Origin: Candidatus Dadabacteria bacterium
GTDB lineage: Bacteria > Desulfobacterota_D > UBA1144 > Nemesobacterales > JADFKM01
DNA: 60,980 nt
NCBI GenBank assembly: GCA_022564935.1
Contig: JADFKM010000004.1
Span: forward strand, 1-60,980
Direction: 5' to 3'
Both the position numbers and the translations under genes were made by a program. The number at the start of each line of letters is the position of its first letter. Positions within the stretch are counted from its first letter, which is position 1. Positions 47,822-58,248 of this stretch are shown here, one piece after another. A model generated the notes under the pieces. It was not told the DNA's origin, did no database searches, and saw only the letters and a list, made by a program, of their open reading frames with translations.

Positions 47822-48916
47822 ATGCTGACTAACTTGTTTAGATCATCTATTGCGGGATTGGTCGTAGTGGCTGTGCTGATAGCGCTTTCAATTCCCTTTC
47901 AGAGGGGGATCAATAGTGAAAGGGGTGAGTTTCGCTCCCTTACGCAGGTGCTGTATCTGAGCTCTTCCACCCTGAGGAGGGTCTCTCTGGGGTATGAGGA
48001 GCTGCTTGCGGATATTTACTGGCTCCGGGCTATCCAGTACTTCGGCGGCAAGAAGCATGCGGAAAAAGACCCGGAGCTTCTATTTCATTTTTTTGACATA
48101 ATAACCGACCTCGACCCCAAATTCGTGAATGCATACAGGTACGGGGGCACTTTTCTGGCAGACATACCCCCGATCGGTTTGGGGGATATCGAGAAGGGGG
48201 TGGAGCTTTTCGATAAGGGAAGGGCCAACAACCCCGACAATTACCATCTGCCCCTCGAAGAGGCTTTTATATTTTTCATGTATACGGAGGACTTCGAGAG
48301 GGCCGCCGAGCTGTTTTGCGAAGCCGCTGACAAGCCGAACCTCTCGGCGTTCAGGAGCGCTTCGCTAAAGGGAATGTGCGCCCTGGCACATGCAAAAGGC
48401 GGCGACAGGGAGCTTTCGCGCAGCGTTTGGACCTACATCTATGAGAACACCACCAACGAAGGGAGGAAGGAGTTTGCCCTCAGAAACCTTAAAGAGCTTC
48501 AAACGAAAGATATGGAGGATATGTTGACCAAGGCCCTGCGTATCTACGTCGAGCGGCACGGCGTTCTTCCAGGCAGCTTGGAGGATTTAAAGACTGCAAA
48601 GATAATGAAGAAGCTGCCCGTTGAGCCCTTTGGCGGGAGTTTCGTAATAACGCCGAAGCTCATGGCCGTTAAGAGCACTACACTGGCTGAAGACGAGCTT
48701 TATAGGGCAAAGGACTTTCTGTATATGAGAGCGCAGAAGTTCAAAAAGTTTTCCGGTAGGTTGCCCCGCGATTTATTGGAGCTGAGGAGTTTTATCGAAT
48801 CCTCCCCTACGGGACAGTGGCTCGAGCACCCCTACGGCGAGCAGTACGTCTACGACCCCCAGACGGGCCTTATAGAGTACGATAAAGTGAAGCAGGGAAA
48901 TGAACTGGAAGATTGA
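47822..48916 (+). CDS. Membrane-anchored TPR-like pilus accessory protein (PilG/XapA-like)
   Basis: N-terminal TM, ADIYWLRAIQYFG, TDLDPKF..AY, P.EPFGG and HPYG..Y.Y motifs. Confidence 0.7.
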   Translation: MLTNLFRSSIAGLVVVAVLIALSIPFQRGINSERGEFRSLTQVLYLSSSTLRRVSLGYEELLADIYWLRAIQYFGGKKHAEKDPELLFHFFDIITDLDPKFVNAYRYGGTFLADIPPIGLGDIEKGVELFDKGRANNPDNYHLPLEEAFIFFMYTEDFERAAELFCEAADKPNLSAFRSASLKGMCALAHAKGGDRELSRSVWTYIYENTTNEGRKEFALRNLKELQTKDMEDMLTKALRIYVERHGVLPGSLEDLKTAKIMKKLPVEPFGGSFVITPKLMAVKSTTLAEDELYRAKDFLYMRAQKFKKFSGRLPRDLLELRSFIESSPTGQWLEHPYGEQYVYDPQTGLIEYDKVKQGNELED

Positions 48917-50063
48917 GTTCCTCAAAAGGATTGACTCCGTATTTGGAACCGTTGCCTGCACCGTCGCAAGAGCGCTCGTAAGACCCAGAAGAGTTTCCCA
49001 TCAGTCCAGTGACACACCGGCGCTTAGAATTGCCGAGCTATTTCCCGAGGCGACGATCCTGGTTATTCGTCCCGGCGGGATCGGCGATGCTGCGCTGCTA
49101 CTGCCGGCCCTGGAAGCCCTGAGTACGGAGTTCCCTGCGGGGTCTATAGACGTCCTGGCCGAGAAGAGAAACGGCGGTTTATTTGAAGGCTGTCCCTTCA
49201 TAGACCGCGTTTACCTCTACGACAGGAGACCCCCGCTTGAGCTGCTGAAAGCTCTTCGGGGCGGCTACGACATCGTTATCGATACCGAGCAGTGGCACAA
49301 GCTGTCGGCCTTAGTCGCCTACCTGAGCCGGGCGCCGATCAGGGTGGGGTTTGCTACGAACGGTAGGGCGAGTATGTTCTCTCACCCCGTCGACTACAGT
49401 CACAGGGACTATGAGGCACGGAGCTTTCTCTCCCTCGTCACGGCCGTTACGGGCGTAGAGTACGGCTTCGATGCCGATTCGCCCTTTATCATACCCCGCA
49501 GCGTTGGCGATAACGAGGCGCTTACCAAACTGGAGACACTGAGAGGGGAATGCAGCGCGGTGGCCGCCCTGTTTCCTGGAGCCACGGTGCCGGAGAGGAG
49601 ATGGGGCGTTGAGAACTTTACCGATCTGGGAAGGAAGCTGACTGGGCAGGGAGTGGGAGTCGTGATAGTAGGCGGCAAGACCGAGGCTGCAGTTGCCGGG
49701 AAGCTCAGCGCGGGTGTCGGAGGGGACTACGTCCTTAACCTGGCGGGCAGGACGTCTCTCAACGAAACCGCTTCTGTGCTGGAAAAAGCAGACCTGTTCA
49801 TCACGGGGGACAGCGGCCTCCTCCACATCGCCTACGGTGTGGGAACCCCTACGGTGTCGCTCTTTGGAGCGGGCATACAGGAGAAATGGGCCCCGCCCGG
49901 CAAGGGCCACATCACCTTGAACAAGCGCCTTGAATGCAGCCCGTGCACGCTGTATGGATACACACCACGGTGTCCCTACGACATAGAGTGTTTGCGCTTA
50001 ATATCCGTGGACGAGGTATATAGCTCCGCCATGGCCCTCATCAAAGCTAAGGCCTCCGTTTGA
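48900..50063 (+). CDS. Glycosyltransferase family 9 (heptosyltransferase-like)
   Basis: GGIGD, PGA...RRW, GDSGLLHIA, TVSLFG, CSPC...C...C. Confidence 0.9.
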   Translation: MNWKIEFLKRIDSVFGTVACTVARALVRPRRVSHQSSDTPALRIAELFPEATILVIRPGGIGDAALLLPALEALSTEFPAGSIDVLAEKRNGGLFEGCPFIDRVYLYDRRPPLELLKALRGGYDIVIDTEQWHKLSALVAYLSRAPIRVGFATNGRASMFSHPVDYSHRDYEARSFLSLVTAVTGVEYGFDADSPFIIPRSVGDNEALTKLETLRGECSAVAALFPGATVPERRWGVENFTDLGRKLTGQGVGVVIVGGKTEAAVAGKLSAGVGGDYVLNLAGRTSLNETASVLEKADLFITGDSGLLHIAYGVGTPTVSLFGAGIQEKWAPPGKGHITLNKRLECSPCTLYGYTPRCPYDIECLRLISVDEVYSSAMALIKAKASV

Positions 50064-50090
50064 GTCAACCTCCCCTAAGGCTGCTCCGTC

Positions 50091-50972
50091 TTACACACCG
50101 TGCTTTTCAAGACCGTCTGGAAGCTCTCCGTAATAAGGGGAGTCCTCCTCGTAAAGGGCTTTTATTTGGTCTTTGGGCATATCGGCGAGCCCTTCGTCGT
50201 ATCCGAACATCCTGCAAATGTGTTTTATCTCCTCGTCCCTTCCCGGCTGAGGGTCCATAGGCTGGAACAGCCCCTCGTTCTTGAGCTCTTCTCTAACCTT
50301 CGGGTCTTCGGGCAGGGGGGTGCCGTACTCGTTTAAGTGGAAGAGCCTGTCGAATCGCTTCCTGGGCCGCTGTCCCGGCGATTCGGCCGGGTACCCAAGG
50401 GCCATTAGCCACACGGGCACTATGTTCTCTGGCACTCCCAAGACCTTCGGTAACTCCTGGGGCTTTCTGCCCGTAGCTAGAAGGCAGCAGCCAAGACCCA
50501 CGTCCGTCGCCGCAAGAAGGGCGTGGGCTATGCCCTGGCCCGCCTCCACTCTGAGCAAATCCTCGACCTTATCGCGCGGGATGCTCATGAGGCGCGGATA
50601 GGTGACCTCGGTTAGCAGCTTGTATGTCCACCCGTGAGCGGCGGTGACGGCCATTGCCGGGAAGAGCACGGCGAAGGACTTGACCAGGTCTTTGAACCAG
50701 GCGTCCATATTCACTAGCCATGCTACTATGATAGGCGCCGTGCGGAGCTGAATTTCGTTGAAGGCCGAGGCGCATTCGATGAGCTGCTCGAACTTATCCT
50801 CCGGATAGGTTCGTTTGTCTATCACTATCGCCTCGGTGGAGTTGCAGTTCCCCTGGCAGGACGCCATCCTGGCTGCCTGGAGGATCACCTGAATCTTCCA
50901 GTCCTCGACGGGCTTCCAGGGCTTGAAAAACCTCACGCTCCTCCTCGATCCCATTGCTTCTAAAAGTTCCAT
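50091..50972 (-). CDS. Nitroreductase family protein
   Basis: RRSVRFF, AARMAS, LLAATDVGLGCC, ALGYPAE. Confidence 0.88.
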   Translation of the reverse strand: MELLEAMGSRRSVRFFKPWKPVEDWKIQVILQAARMASCQGNCNSTEAIVIDKRTYPEDKFEQLIECASAFNEIQLRTAPIIVAWLVNMDAWFKDLVKSFAVLFPAMAVTAAHGWTYKLLTEVTYPRLMSIPRDKVEDLLRVEAGQGIAHALLAATDVGLGCCLLATGRKPQELPKVLGVPENIVPVWLMALGYPAESPGQRPRKRFDRLFHLNEYGTPLPEDPKVREELKNEGLFQPMDPQPGRDEEIKHICRMFGYDEGLADMPKDQIKALYEEDSPYYGELPDGLEKHGV

Positions 50973-51158
50973 TGTTTTTTACCTCCTTTTACCTCTGATT
51001 AAATCAATTATTTGCATGTAAGTCAACCCGCAAGTTTGGAGCCAGAGGAAATGATATGAGACAGCTGCAGGAGATGGCCATGCCGGAGGAGCACCCCTAG
51101 CGTTGTCTTAACGAGGAGTTTGACTCCGCCCCGGAGCCGGATTAGACTGTAGTTCGCC

Positions 51159-51377
51159 GTGTCTACGATTTACGTGCGCCTTGCCGACAGCTCCGACACC
51201 GTTTATTTCCAGGCCTTATTCGGAACATATTCTCACCTTGCGTGGGTGAGAACCGAAGACCCCGAAAAAGGCATAACAAAGGTGATTTCCACCCCCGACC
51301 TGGTGGACGAGGCGAGGCGTGTGCTTGGCTACCTTAAAGAAGAGATTGAGTTCGAGGAAGTCCCGCCGCCCGAATGA
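51159..51377 (+). CDS. Small hypothetical protein (DUF4911-like)
   Basis: YSHLAWVRTEDP pattern; TTGACT-N17-TAGACT promoter. Confidence 0.65.
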   Translation: MSTIYVRLADSSDTVYFQALFGTYSHLAWVRTEDPEKGITKVISTPDLVDEARRVLGYLKEEIEFEEVPPPE

Positions 51378-51385
51378 GCCGGGGT

Positions 51386-52312
51386 TCAGCCGCCCGCCTC
51401 GTCCTTTACCGTGTCTATGAGCCCTGAGAAGCTGAGAGCCGTCTCTTTTAAAAATGCCGATCCCATTTGAGCTTCCTCCAGGAGCTTCTTAATGTTTTCA
51501 TCCCTTTCGGCAAGGTAAGAGAATATGTCGTTATTATTGATTATATCCTTGGCGACAATCTCCTTGAAGATCTCCTTCCACGAAAACAGCTGCTCCCTCT
51601 GCGCTTCCATATAGTGGCGGGGTTGCGTTGTAAAGCCGAAATGGGTGTAGGCGTTTGTCCGGGGCTCCAGGGAGATCAGCTTCTCCAGCGAGTCGAGCTC
51701 GGCCTCAAACCTGAAGGGCGAGGGCGTTATGGGGATTATGATGTCGAGACCGGGGAGGTAGCACCCCGCGGCGTCTCCCGGGAACAGCAGCGCTCCGGGC
51801 TCGAGCATAATGCTCATGTGGTGGCTTGCGTGTCCGGGTGTGTAGTGGACGTTTAGCTTGAGCCTCCCGACCTCGAGCGTCATCCCCTCCTCGAAGGTTA
51901 TTATCCTTTCTGCGGGCACCGGCTCGGGCTTGCCGTAGAGCTCCGCCAGGGGGCCTAGAACATCTACAGACGCCTGCCATAGCGCCCTGTCCGGGTCTAT
52001 CATGTGCGGGACGGCGCGTGGGTGCGCAAGTACGCTCGCCTGCGGGTATTTTTTCAGCAGGGAGCCCGCAGCGCCGGCGTGGTCGATGTGGAGGTGGGTT
52101 GGGAGGAGGTACTTTACCTGCTCCGTATCGATGCCCAGCTCCTCGACGGCACAGGCCATCTTATGCGCCGTCGAAGCGGGCCCCAGTTCGACGCACGCCG
52201 CCTCGCCGCCCGAGGCGACTATAAAGGCGCCTATGAATGCGTTCTCCCCTTCGCTCACACGCAAATCCACGAACCAGACGCCCGGAAGCTCCTCCGTTAC
52301 ACTGTAGCTCAT
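51386..52312 (-). CDS. Metallo-beta-lactamase fold hydrolase
   Basis: THLHIDHAG, TPGHASHH, GDAAG, THFG. Confidence 0.92.
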   Translation of the reverse strand: MSYSVTEELPGVWFVDLRVSEGENAFIGAFIVASGGEAACVELGPASTAHKMACAVEELGIDTEQVKYLLPTHLHIDHAGAAGSLLKKYPQASVLAHPRAVPHMIDPDRALWQASVDVLGPLAELYGKPEPVPAERIITFEEGMTLEVGRLKLNVHYTPGHASHHMSIMLEPGALLFPGDAAGCYLPGLDIIIPITPSPFRFEAELDSLEKLISLEPRTNAYTHFGFTTQPRHYMEAQREQLFSWKEIFKEIVAKDIINNNDIFSYLAERDENIKKLLEEAQMGSAFLKETALSFSGLIDTVKDEAGG

Positions 52313-52605
52313 ACTGCTCGCTCCGGCATGATTAAATTGCCCGCCGAAAACGGGAGTGTTTAGTATACCAGAGTGCTGTTGGGGTGTTTTGCGCGAGATA
52401 TTTTGTGTGAGAATTTATCCCTACGGCGTTCGTGTTGCCGCAGCGGACGATCGTTTCTATTACTTCTCCGGTAAACGAGTCGTTAAATAAAATTTCGGCT
52501 GCTCGAACTGGGTTGGATACTATTCGCACTGACGAGTGAAACCAGATTGAATAATAAGAGTCTAATAAGTCAAATACCAAATAAACAATTGGAGGTGTCC
52601 CCGGT

Positions 52606-52755
52606 ATGAAAACATTGATCGTAACTACACTCGTTATGATTAGTTTGTTGATCGGTGGTTTTGTAGTATCGTCTTCGGCATGCAGCACCCATGTTAGCTG
52701 CACTGCAAGCGGTAATCCATCCGAAGCAAACGGTGGATACGGACCATACGGTTGA
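52606..52755 (+). CDS. Small secreted peptide (49 aa, below ORF-track cutoff)
   Basis: GGAGGTG RBS; MKTLIVTTLVMISLLIGGFVVSSSA/CSTHVSCTASGNPSEANGGYGPYG; downstream hairpin. Confidence 0.7.
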   Translation: MKTLIVTTLVMISLLIGGFVVSSSACSTHVSCTASGNPSEANGGYGPYG

Positions 52756-52760
52756 CGCTA

Positions 52761-52794
52761 TAGGCAAGCAGGGAATAGCTTCGTCCTGCCTGCC
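52761..52794 (+). terminator. Hairpin after the small peptide gene
   Basis: AGGCAAGCAGGG...TCCTGCCTGCCT; no strong U-tract. Confidence 0.4.
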
Positions 52795-53236
52795 TGAATA
52801 CCGTCGTGAGCTGTTCTACAGCTTAAGTTGTTGCGCCGGCGCAACAGATTTATTTTAGAAGCTTCTTGTTTGAGTCCTCTCAATGATATACAGGCGCAGC
52901 CCGTTGTCTGTAGTACCTGTTATTACATTTCGCCCTTTCTGCCCTTGTCGCTCAAAGCTGCCATGTGGCCCACTACGAATCGCTGCTCTTTGCATGCCTT
53001 AAGTACAACAAAAAATAAACCCGGCTCCATTTCGCGTACTCTGTAGCTCATTCACTCAGTTCCTGTTGAGTATGTTCCCCGCTGAAGACCGGGGTGTTTG
53101 GGATACCTGTGTTGTTGTGAGGTTTTGGAAGGAGGAAATTTTGAGGAAACTTCATGCTGTGTTGAGTGCGGGGGTAATAGGTGGATTACCAATTGGTTGC
53201 TATGTTGCGAGCCATTAACTACAATTGATTATTACG

Positions 53237-54721
53237 ATGAACTCCGCAGATGAATGGCTTAAAAAAGGCGTTGAGCTTGCTAAGCAAGGTAAATACGAAG
53301 AAGCGTTAGAAGCTTTTGAAAGGGCTATTGAATCTGAGCCAAGTAATGCAGAAGCCTGGTATCGCAAGGGTATTGTACTGGGTGTAGCAGGGCGTTATGA
53401 AGAGGCGCTGGTTGCTCATGTTAGGACTTTGGATCTTGATCCTGAGAATGTGGAAGTCTGGTATCTCAAAGGCCTTGTTCTAGTTACGCTAAAGCGCTAT
53501 GAAGAGTCATTGGATGCTTTAGAGAAGGCTTTGGAAATAAATCCGGAATATTCAGAAGCTTGGTATCTCAAAGGCCTTGCTTTGGTTTCACTAGAGCGCT
53601 ATGAGGAGTCATTGGATGCCTTTGATAAGGCACTGGAGATTAATCCGGAGAATGATGTAGCATGGTATAACAAAGGGATCGCGCTTTATAGACTAGAAAG
53701 ATACGAAGAAGCAGTAGAAGCATATGATAAGGCTCTAAATATTAATCCAGATCTTGTGGAAGCTTTACGTAATAAAGGTGTTGTACTATACGAACTTGGA
53801 AGCTATAAAGAGGCCTTAAATACTTATAACAAATCTATGGAGCTTGACCCAGAAAATGCATTGTCACATAAGAACGTTGGAGAGCTCTACCTAAATATAG
53901 GAAATCAAAATAGCGCCACCGATGAAGTCGAGAGGGCACTTGGCATAGATGAAAACTACGCGTATGCTTGGCATCTTAAGGGCAAAATTCAAATCGAAAA
54001 GCACGATTATGACGGGGCAATCGAGTCGTTTAACAAGGCGATTTCAAACGGAGCTGGAAACCCGTCCTTTCTCCTCTGGCTTGCTTATGCCGAATATTTG
54101 AAAACTGAGTTTTCCTTAGATTCTGAAGACGTGAAATATAAAGAAAGTATGGTCTCAGTTATAAGAAATCTGGAAAGAGCGGAGAAACTATCTGAAAGTT
54201 CTGGGGAACAAGGGTTAAGGGCATATATATTTTATTTTTTGGGTTCGCTTTACTATAAAAACCAGGACATTTTTTCAGCTAAAGAAAAACTTCAAAAATG
54301 TATTAAGGTTGACTCTGAAATTAAACATTCTGCCGTTCTGCTCCTGGATTACATCTGGAACCATCAGATTAAACCACCCTTCTGGGAGTGGTGGTTGGGT
54401 TCGCCTATTAATCAGGTACGTAAAATTGTGATGTTTCTTTTTCTTTTATTAGCTATCGTTGGGTTGTCATTTGGTCATCCGTTCATTCCTGAAGTTTATT
54501 TTGGGAAGATACACTGGGGGTTTTATATGTCTTTTGTATTGTTTTTAATTGTATTGCTTTTCTACCCCAGCATAGAGCAAATAAAGACGAAAGATTTTGA
54601 ATTCAAAGTTCATTCTCCGCCTTCCTTTGATCCTGTCCTTTCACCTGCAAGATTAGAAGAGATGATGACAAGACAATTAGAAGAGGGGATGACAAGACAA
54701 GTAGCGCATAAAGCCCGGTAG
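53237..54721 (+). CDS. Tetratricopeptide repeat protein with two C-terminal TM helices
   Basis: Repeated AWY.KG..L..L.RYEEAL..F.KALEINP units; AT-rich. Confidence 0.9.
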   Translation: MNSADEWLKKGVELAKQGKYEEALEAFERAIESEPSNAEAWYRKGIVLGVAGRYEEALVAHVRTLDLDPENVEVWYLKGLVLVTLKRYEESLDALEKALEINPEYSEAWYLKGLALVSLERYEESLDAFDKALEINPENDVAWYNKGIALYRLERYEEAVEAYDKALNINPDLVEALRNKGVVLYELGSYKEALNTYNKSMELDPENALSHKNVGELYLNIGNQNSATDEVERALGIDENYAYAWHLKGKIQIEKHDYDGAIESFNKAISNGAGNPSFLLWLAYAEYLKTEFSLDSEDVKYKESMVSVIRNLERAEKLSESSGEQGLRAYIFYFLGSLYYKNQDIFSAKEKLQKCIKVDSEIKHSAVLLLDYIWNHQIKPPFWEWWLGSPINQVRKIVMFLFLLLAIVGLSFGHPFIPEVYFGKIHWGFYMSFVLFLIVLLFYPSIEQIKTKDFEFKVHSPPSFDPVLSPARLEEMMTRQLEEGMTRQVAHKAR

Positions 54722-54791
54722 CTCCACCCCCCAAAAAACCGATAGCCATTTTCTGTGGCATCCACTATAATATTAGTATAGGGTCAGGGTT

Positions 54792-55133
54792 ATGGATTCT
54801 GCAGCGCAGTGGTACACAAAGGGTTTTTCGCTCATTAGCGAAGGCAGGTACGAAGAGGCGGTCGGCGCTTTCGAAAAGGCCATCGAAATTGACGGGGGTC
54901 ATGCGAGGGCCTGGTTCGGGAAGGGGCTGGCGTTCAGTATCCTCACGAGGTACAGGGACGCTATCAGCGCCTTCGACAAATCCATCGAGCTGGAGCCGGA
55001 GCATCCCAACTCCTGGTACAACAAAGCGGTCGCCCTTCGGGGCCTCGGCATGGAAGAAGAGGCAGTTAGGGCTTTGGAAACGGCGCGCGAGTTAACGCAC
55101 TATGGTTTGCCGATAGCCTCGATGGACGTTTGA
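54792..55133 (+). CDS. Small TPR protein
   Basis: Three TPR units (WYTKG, AWFGKG, SWYNKA). Confidence 0.85.
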   Translation: MDSAAQWYTKGFSLISEGRYEEAVGAFEKAIEIDGGHARAWFGKGLAFSILTRYRDAISAFDKSIELEPEHPNSWYNKAVALRGLGMEEEAVRALETARELTHYGLPIASMDV

Positions 55134-55282
55134 TTGTCTTATTGTAATCTTTCGCTTACTTTGCCTACGGGGGAGTCTAAATTTTTTTCTCCCCTGCGCT
55201 CAATTCCCGCCTGATACATAACTTCTTAAAAATCCCCAAGCAGACGTTGTGTGAAGCGTGCACTCGGAGTGGGAAACACATC

Positions 55283-55804
55283 CTACTGCTCTCTCAGCGT
55301 CCCCATTTCCGGCTTCATCTTCATATGAGGCGGCTTATGCCACTTTTTGGTTGTCAGCTTTTCGAAATTGTCCGGGCCTACGGCGCTTCTGATCGCAGAG
55401 AGGGTGTCAACGGCAGTATACGCAATATTTAACTTGACCTGGTTGGCTTTCTTGATTTGAGCCTTAAGTTTTGCAGAGTCGAACTTGGGGTCGTGGAACA
55501 TATCCTTCATTTTTATCTTTTCAATTTTCTGGTCGGCCTCTTTCCGTATCATGGAAAAGACGTATTTCTCCTTTATCTTTGTTAGCTGCTCGTTTTGCTT
55601 ATCGGTCAGGTCGAGCAGCTTGGCCCTGTTGAGAATGCCCTGTAGTATCATGCTGTGTTTCGGGCCGCCCTTTCCGTGCATTGATTTATGGAACCGGGGA
55701 TTGTGGAATCCGCCTTCAGTGCCCGGGCCGGTTTTGTGCCCTACGGCGAGAGCTAAACCGGCTGTCAAAAACAACACAAACGCTATTACCAAAGTTTTTC
55801 GCAT
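55283..55804 (-). CDS. Spy/CpxP-like periplasmic His/Met-rich protein
   Basis: Signal peptide, LDLTDKQ..QL motif, GGAGG RBS. Confidence 0.7.
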   Translation of the reverse strand: MRKTLVIAFVLFLTAGLALAVGHKTGPGTEGGFHNPRFHKSMHGKGGPKHSMILQGILNRAKLLDLTDKQNEQLTKIKEKYVFSMIRKEADQKIEKIKMKDMFHDPKFDSAKLKAQIKKANQVKLNIAYTAVDTLSAIRSAVGPDNFEKLTTKKWHKPPHMKMKPEMGTLREQ

Positions 55805-56042
55805 TATAAATTACCTCCGCGAGTTTGGGGTTGTTGTATTTTATAACCGGGTAATGGGTAAAATGGTTACAATCCGGGGTCGTGCATTCTGGGCTTAATC
55901 TTGTTCGGAGTGAACCGGCGGGCGGGAATTAGCGTAGGGCTCTTTGTAATATGAGGCAGTGTTTTGAGCGGGTGATCGCGTTTTTCTCCGTGACTTTTAA
56001 CCTATATCTGGTTACATTGAAGCTGCCGGTGGGCATTGATAT

Positions 56043-57629
56043 ATGAAGAAAATCGATGGCATTGCGCGAGCGGCAGGGCTGGTGGGCCTGATGACGTTTC
56101 TCAGCAGGATTGCAGGCTACCTGCGGGACGTGATAGTGGCCTACTATTTCGGCGCCACGGGCACAACTGACGCTTTTTATGTCGCCTTCAGGATACCGAA
56201 CCTCCTCAGGAGACTGTTCGCCGAGGGCTCGCTCACGGTCGCCTTCATCCCGGTGTTTACCGAATACATGGAGAAGGAGGGAAGAGAGGAGGCGAAGCGT
56301 ATTGCGGACGCCGTCTTCACACTCCTGCTAATTATCCTGGTGCTCGTCACCGCGGCGGGCGTCATTTTCTCCCCCCTTGTGATAAAGCTGTTCGCCTCCG
56401 GTTTCAGTCCTGAGAATTTTGCCCTCGCTGTGGGATTGAACCGCATCGTTTTCCCCTACATCCTGCTCGTGTCGCTTGTGGCCCTGTCGATGGGCGTTCT
56501 GAACTCACTCAGGCACTTTTTCGCCCCCGCCATCTCACCGCTGCTTCTCAACCTCGGTATTATCGGCACCTTTTTAATCCTCACTCATTTCATGGATGCA
56601 AGCATCTATTGGGTAGGGGTTGGGGTGATAGCCGGCGGGGTGATCCAGGTGGTCTTTCAGGTTCCCTTCCTTAAGGCCAGGGGTTTTCTGTTCGGCCTCA
56701 CGAAGTCACTGTCCCACCCGGCGGTCAAACGCATCGGGCTGCTCATGACCCCGCAGCTTTTCGGCGTGGCGGTGTACAACCTTAACATCCTGATAAGCAC
56801 CCAGTACGCCTCGCACCTCCCTGAAGGCACCGTGTCTTATCTGTACTTTGCCGAGCGTCTGATCGAGTTCCCACTGGGCATAATAGCCGTCTCGATAGCC
56901 ACGGCGCTTCTGCCGTCCCTCTCTAGCTACGCCGCCAAGGGGCAGAGGGACAGGTACGTTCATGACTACACCTTCGCCCTGAGACTGATGCTCTATATAA
57001 TGATCCCCGCTCTTGTGGGACTTATAGTGCTGAGGGTGCCCATATGCAGCGTCCTTTACCAGAGGGGGGAGTTTGGCTACAAGGAGACCGTATTGGTCTC
57101 CCAAGCCCTGTTCGGCTATGCCCTCGGGCTCTGGGCCGTAGGGGGCGTGCGTATAACGGCGCCCACGTTCTATGCCCTAAAGGACACAAAAACCCCGGTG
57201 ATTGTAGCATTCCTTTCCCTTGTGCTAAACGCCTCCGTCGGGTATCTGCTCGCATTTACCTTCGACTTGAAGCACATAGGTATTGCGCTTGCAAGCTCGT
57301 GCTCGGCCATTGTGCATTTCTTGATCCTATTTGCGCTCATAAACAGGAGGATGGGAAGGATTAATTTTTCAGAGACGGCCTTAAGCGTTTTTAAGGCCGT
57401 TGTAGCCTCGCTGGTGATGGGCACTGTGGCGTGGTGGATTTCAGAGCTTGCTCCCTGGAGCAGCCCCGGGCTGACGTGGCTTAAGGTCGCTGTCCTTCTG
57501 GGCTCGGTAGCTGCGGCCGGGGCGCTGTATTTGTATATTACAAAGCTTATGGGTATGGAAGAGGCGGGCTACGTGTGGGATATGCTCATGAGGAAACACA
57601 AACGGAGCTCTCCTTACGGCGGCGATTGA
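56043..57629 (+). CDS. murJ: Lipid II flippase
   Basis: SRIAGYLRD, FRIPNLLRRLFAEG, AERLIEFPLG, FYALKDTKTP. Confidence 0.96.
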   Translation: MKKIDGIARAAGLVGLMTFLSRIAGYLRDVIVAYYFGATGTTDAFYVAFRIPNLLRRLFAEGSLTVAFIPVFTEYMEKEGREEAKRIADAVFTLLLIILVLVTAAGVIFSPLVIKLFASGFSPENFALAVGLNRIVFPYILLVSLVALSMGVLNSLRHFFAPAISPLLLNLGIIGTFLILTHFMDASIYWVGVGVIAGGVIQVVFQVPFLKARGFLFGLTKSLSHPAVKRIGLLMTPQLFGVAVYNLNILISTQYASHLPEGTVSYLYFAERLIEFPLGIIAVSIATALLPSLSSYAAKGQRDRYVHDYTFALRLMLYIMIPALVGLIVLRVPICSVLYQRGEFGYKETVLVSQALFGYALGLWAVGGVRITAPTFYALKDTKTPVIVAFLSLVLNASVGYLLAFTFDLKHIGIALASSCSAIVHFLILFALINRRMGRINFSETALSVFKAVVASLVMGTVAWWISELAPWSSPGLTWLKVAVLLGSVAAAGALYLYITKLMGMEEAGYVWDMLMRKHKRSSPYGGD

Positions 57630-57747
57630 TATAGAGTCCGGGATTGAGTAAAATGGCTGTGGGAGCGGCCGCTTCCGAAGAGGGCAGGAATATTTAGCGC
57701 TCAACAGCCACGCGATTACCCATCCGAGAGCCGGAGGTTCGATAGCA

Positions 57748-58194
57748 ATGAAAATCCTCGTTATTCACGGCCCTAACCTCAACGTGCTGGGCAAGAGGGA
57801 GCAGGAGGTTTATGGGAGCGTTACTATGGAGGAGATAAACTCCGTTCTTAAAAACGAGGCCCGGGGACTCGGGGTGGAGATTGAGTTCTTTCAATCCAAC
57901 TCCGAAGGTGAAATCGTGACGAAGATCCAGGAGGCAATGGAGGGGGTCGAGGGCATAGTTATAAATCCCGCCGCCTATACGCACACAAGCATTGCAATAA
58001 GGGACGCCGTCGCAGCCGCAGGAATTCCCACCGTGGAGGTTCATATCTCGAACGTATTCAAGCGGGAGGAGTTTCGTCATAAGTCCCTCATATCTCCGGT
58101 TGCCCTGGGTGTCATCTCCGGTCTGGGAGTTGACGGTTACGTCCTGGCGCTCAGGGGGCTCGTAGGTCATCTTAATAAAAACCCCCGGCCTTGA
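57748..58194 (+). CDS. aroQ: Type II 3-dehydroquinate dehydratase
   Basis: [41 protein letters not shown]. Confidence 0.97.
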   Translation: MKILVIHGPNLNVLGKREQEVYGSVTMEEINSVLKNEARGLGVEIEFFQSNSEGEIVTKIQEAMEGVEGIVINPAAYTHTSIAIRDAVAAAGIPTVEVHISNVFKREEFRHKSLISPVALGVISGLGVDGYVLALRGLVGHLNKNPRP

Positions 58195-58248
58195 ACGCAG
58201 GCCGGTTTGCAGATGGCGGTTCAGGGAGGGTATTGATACTCACAGGTA

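Noticed and set aside
52850-53052. Frameshifted small ORF on minus strand
   Set aside because: No recognisable family or convincing RBS.
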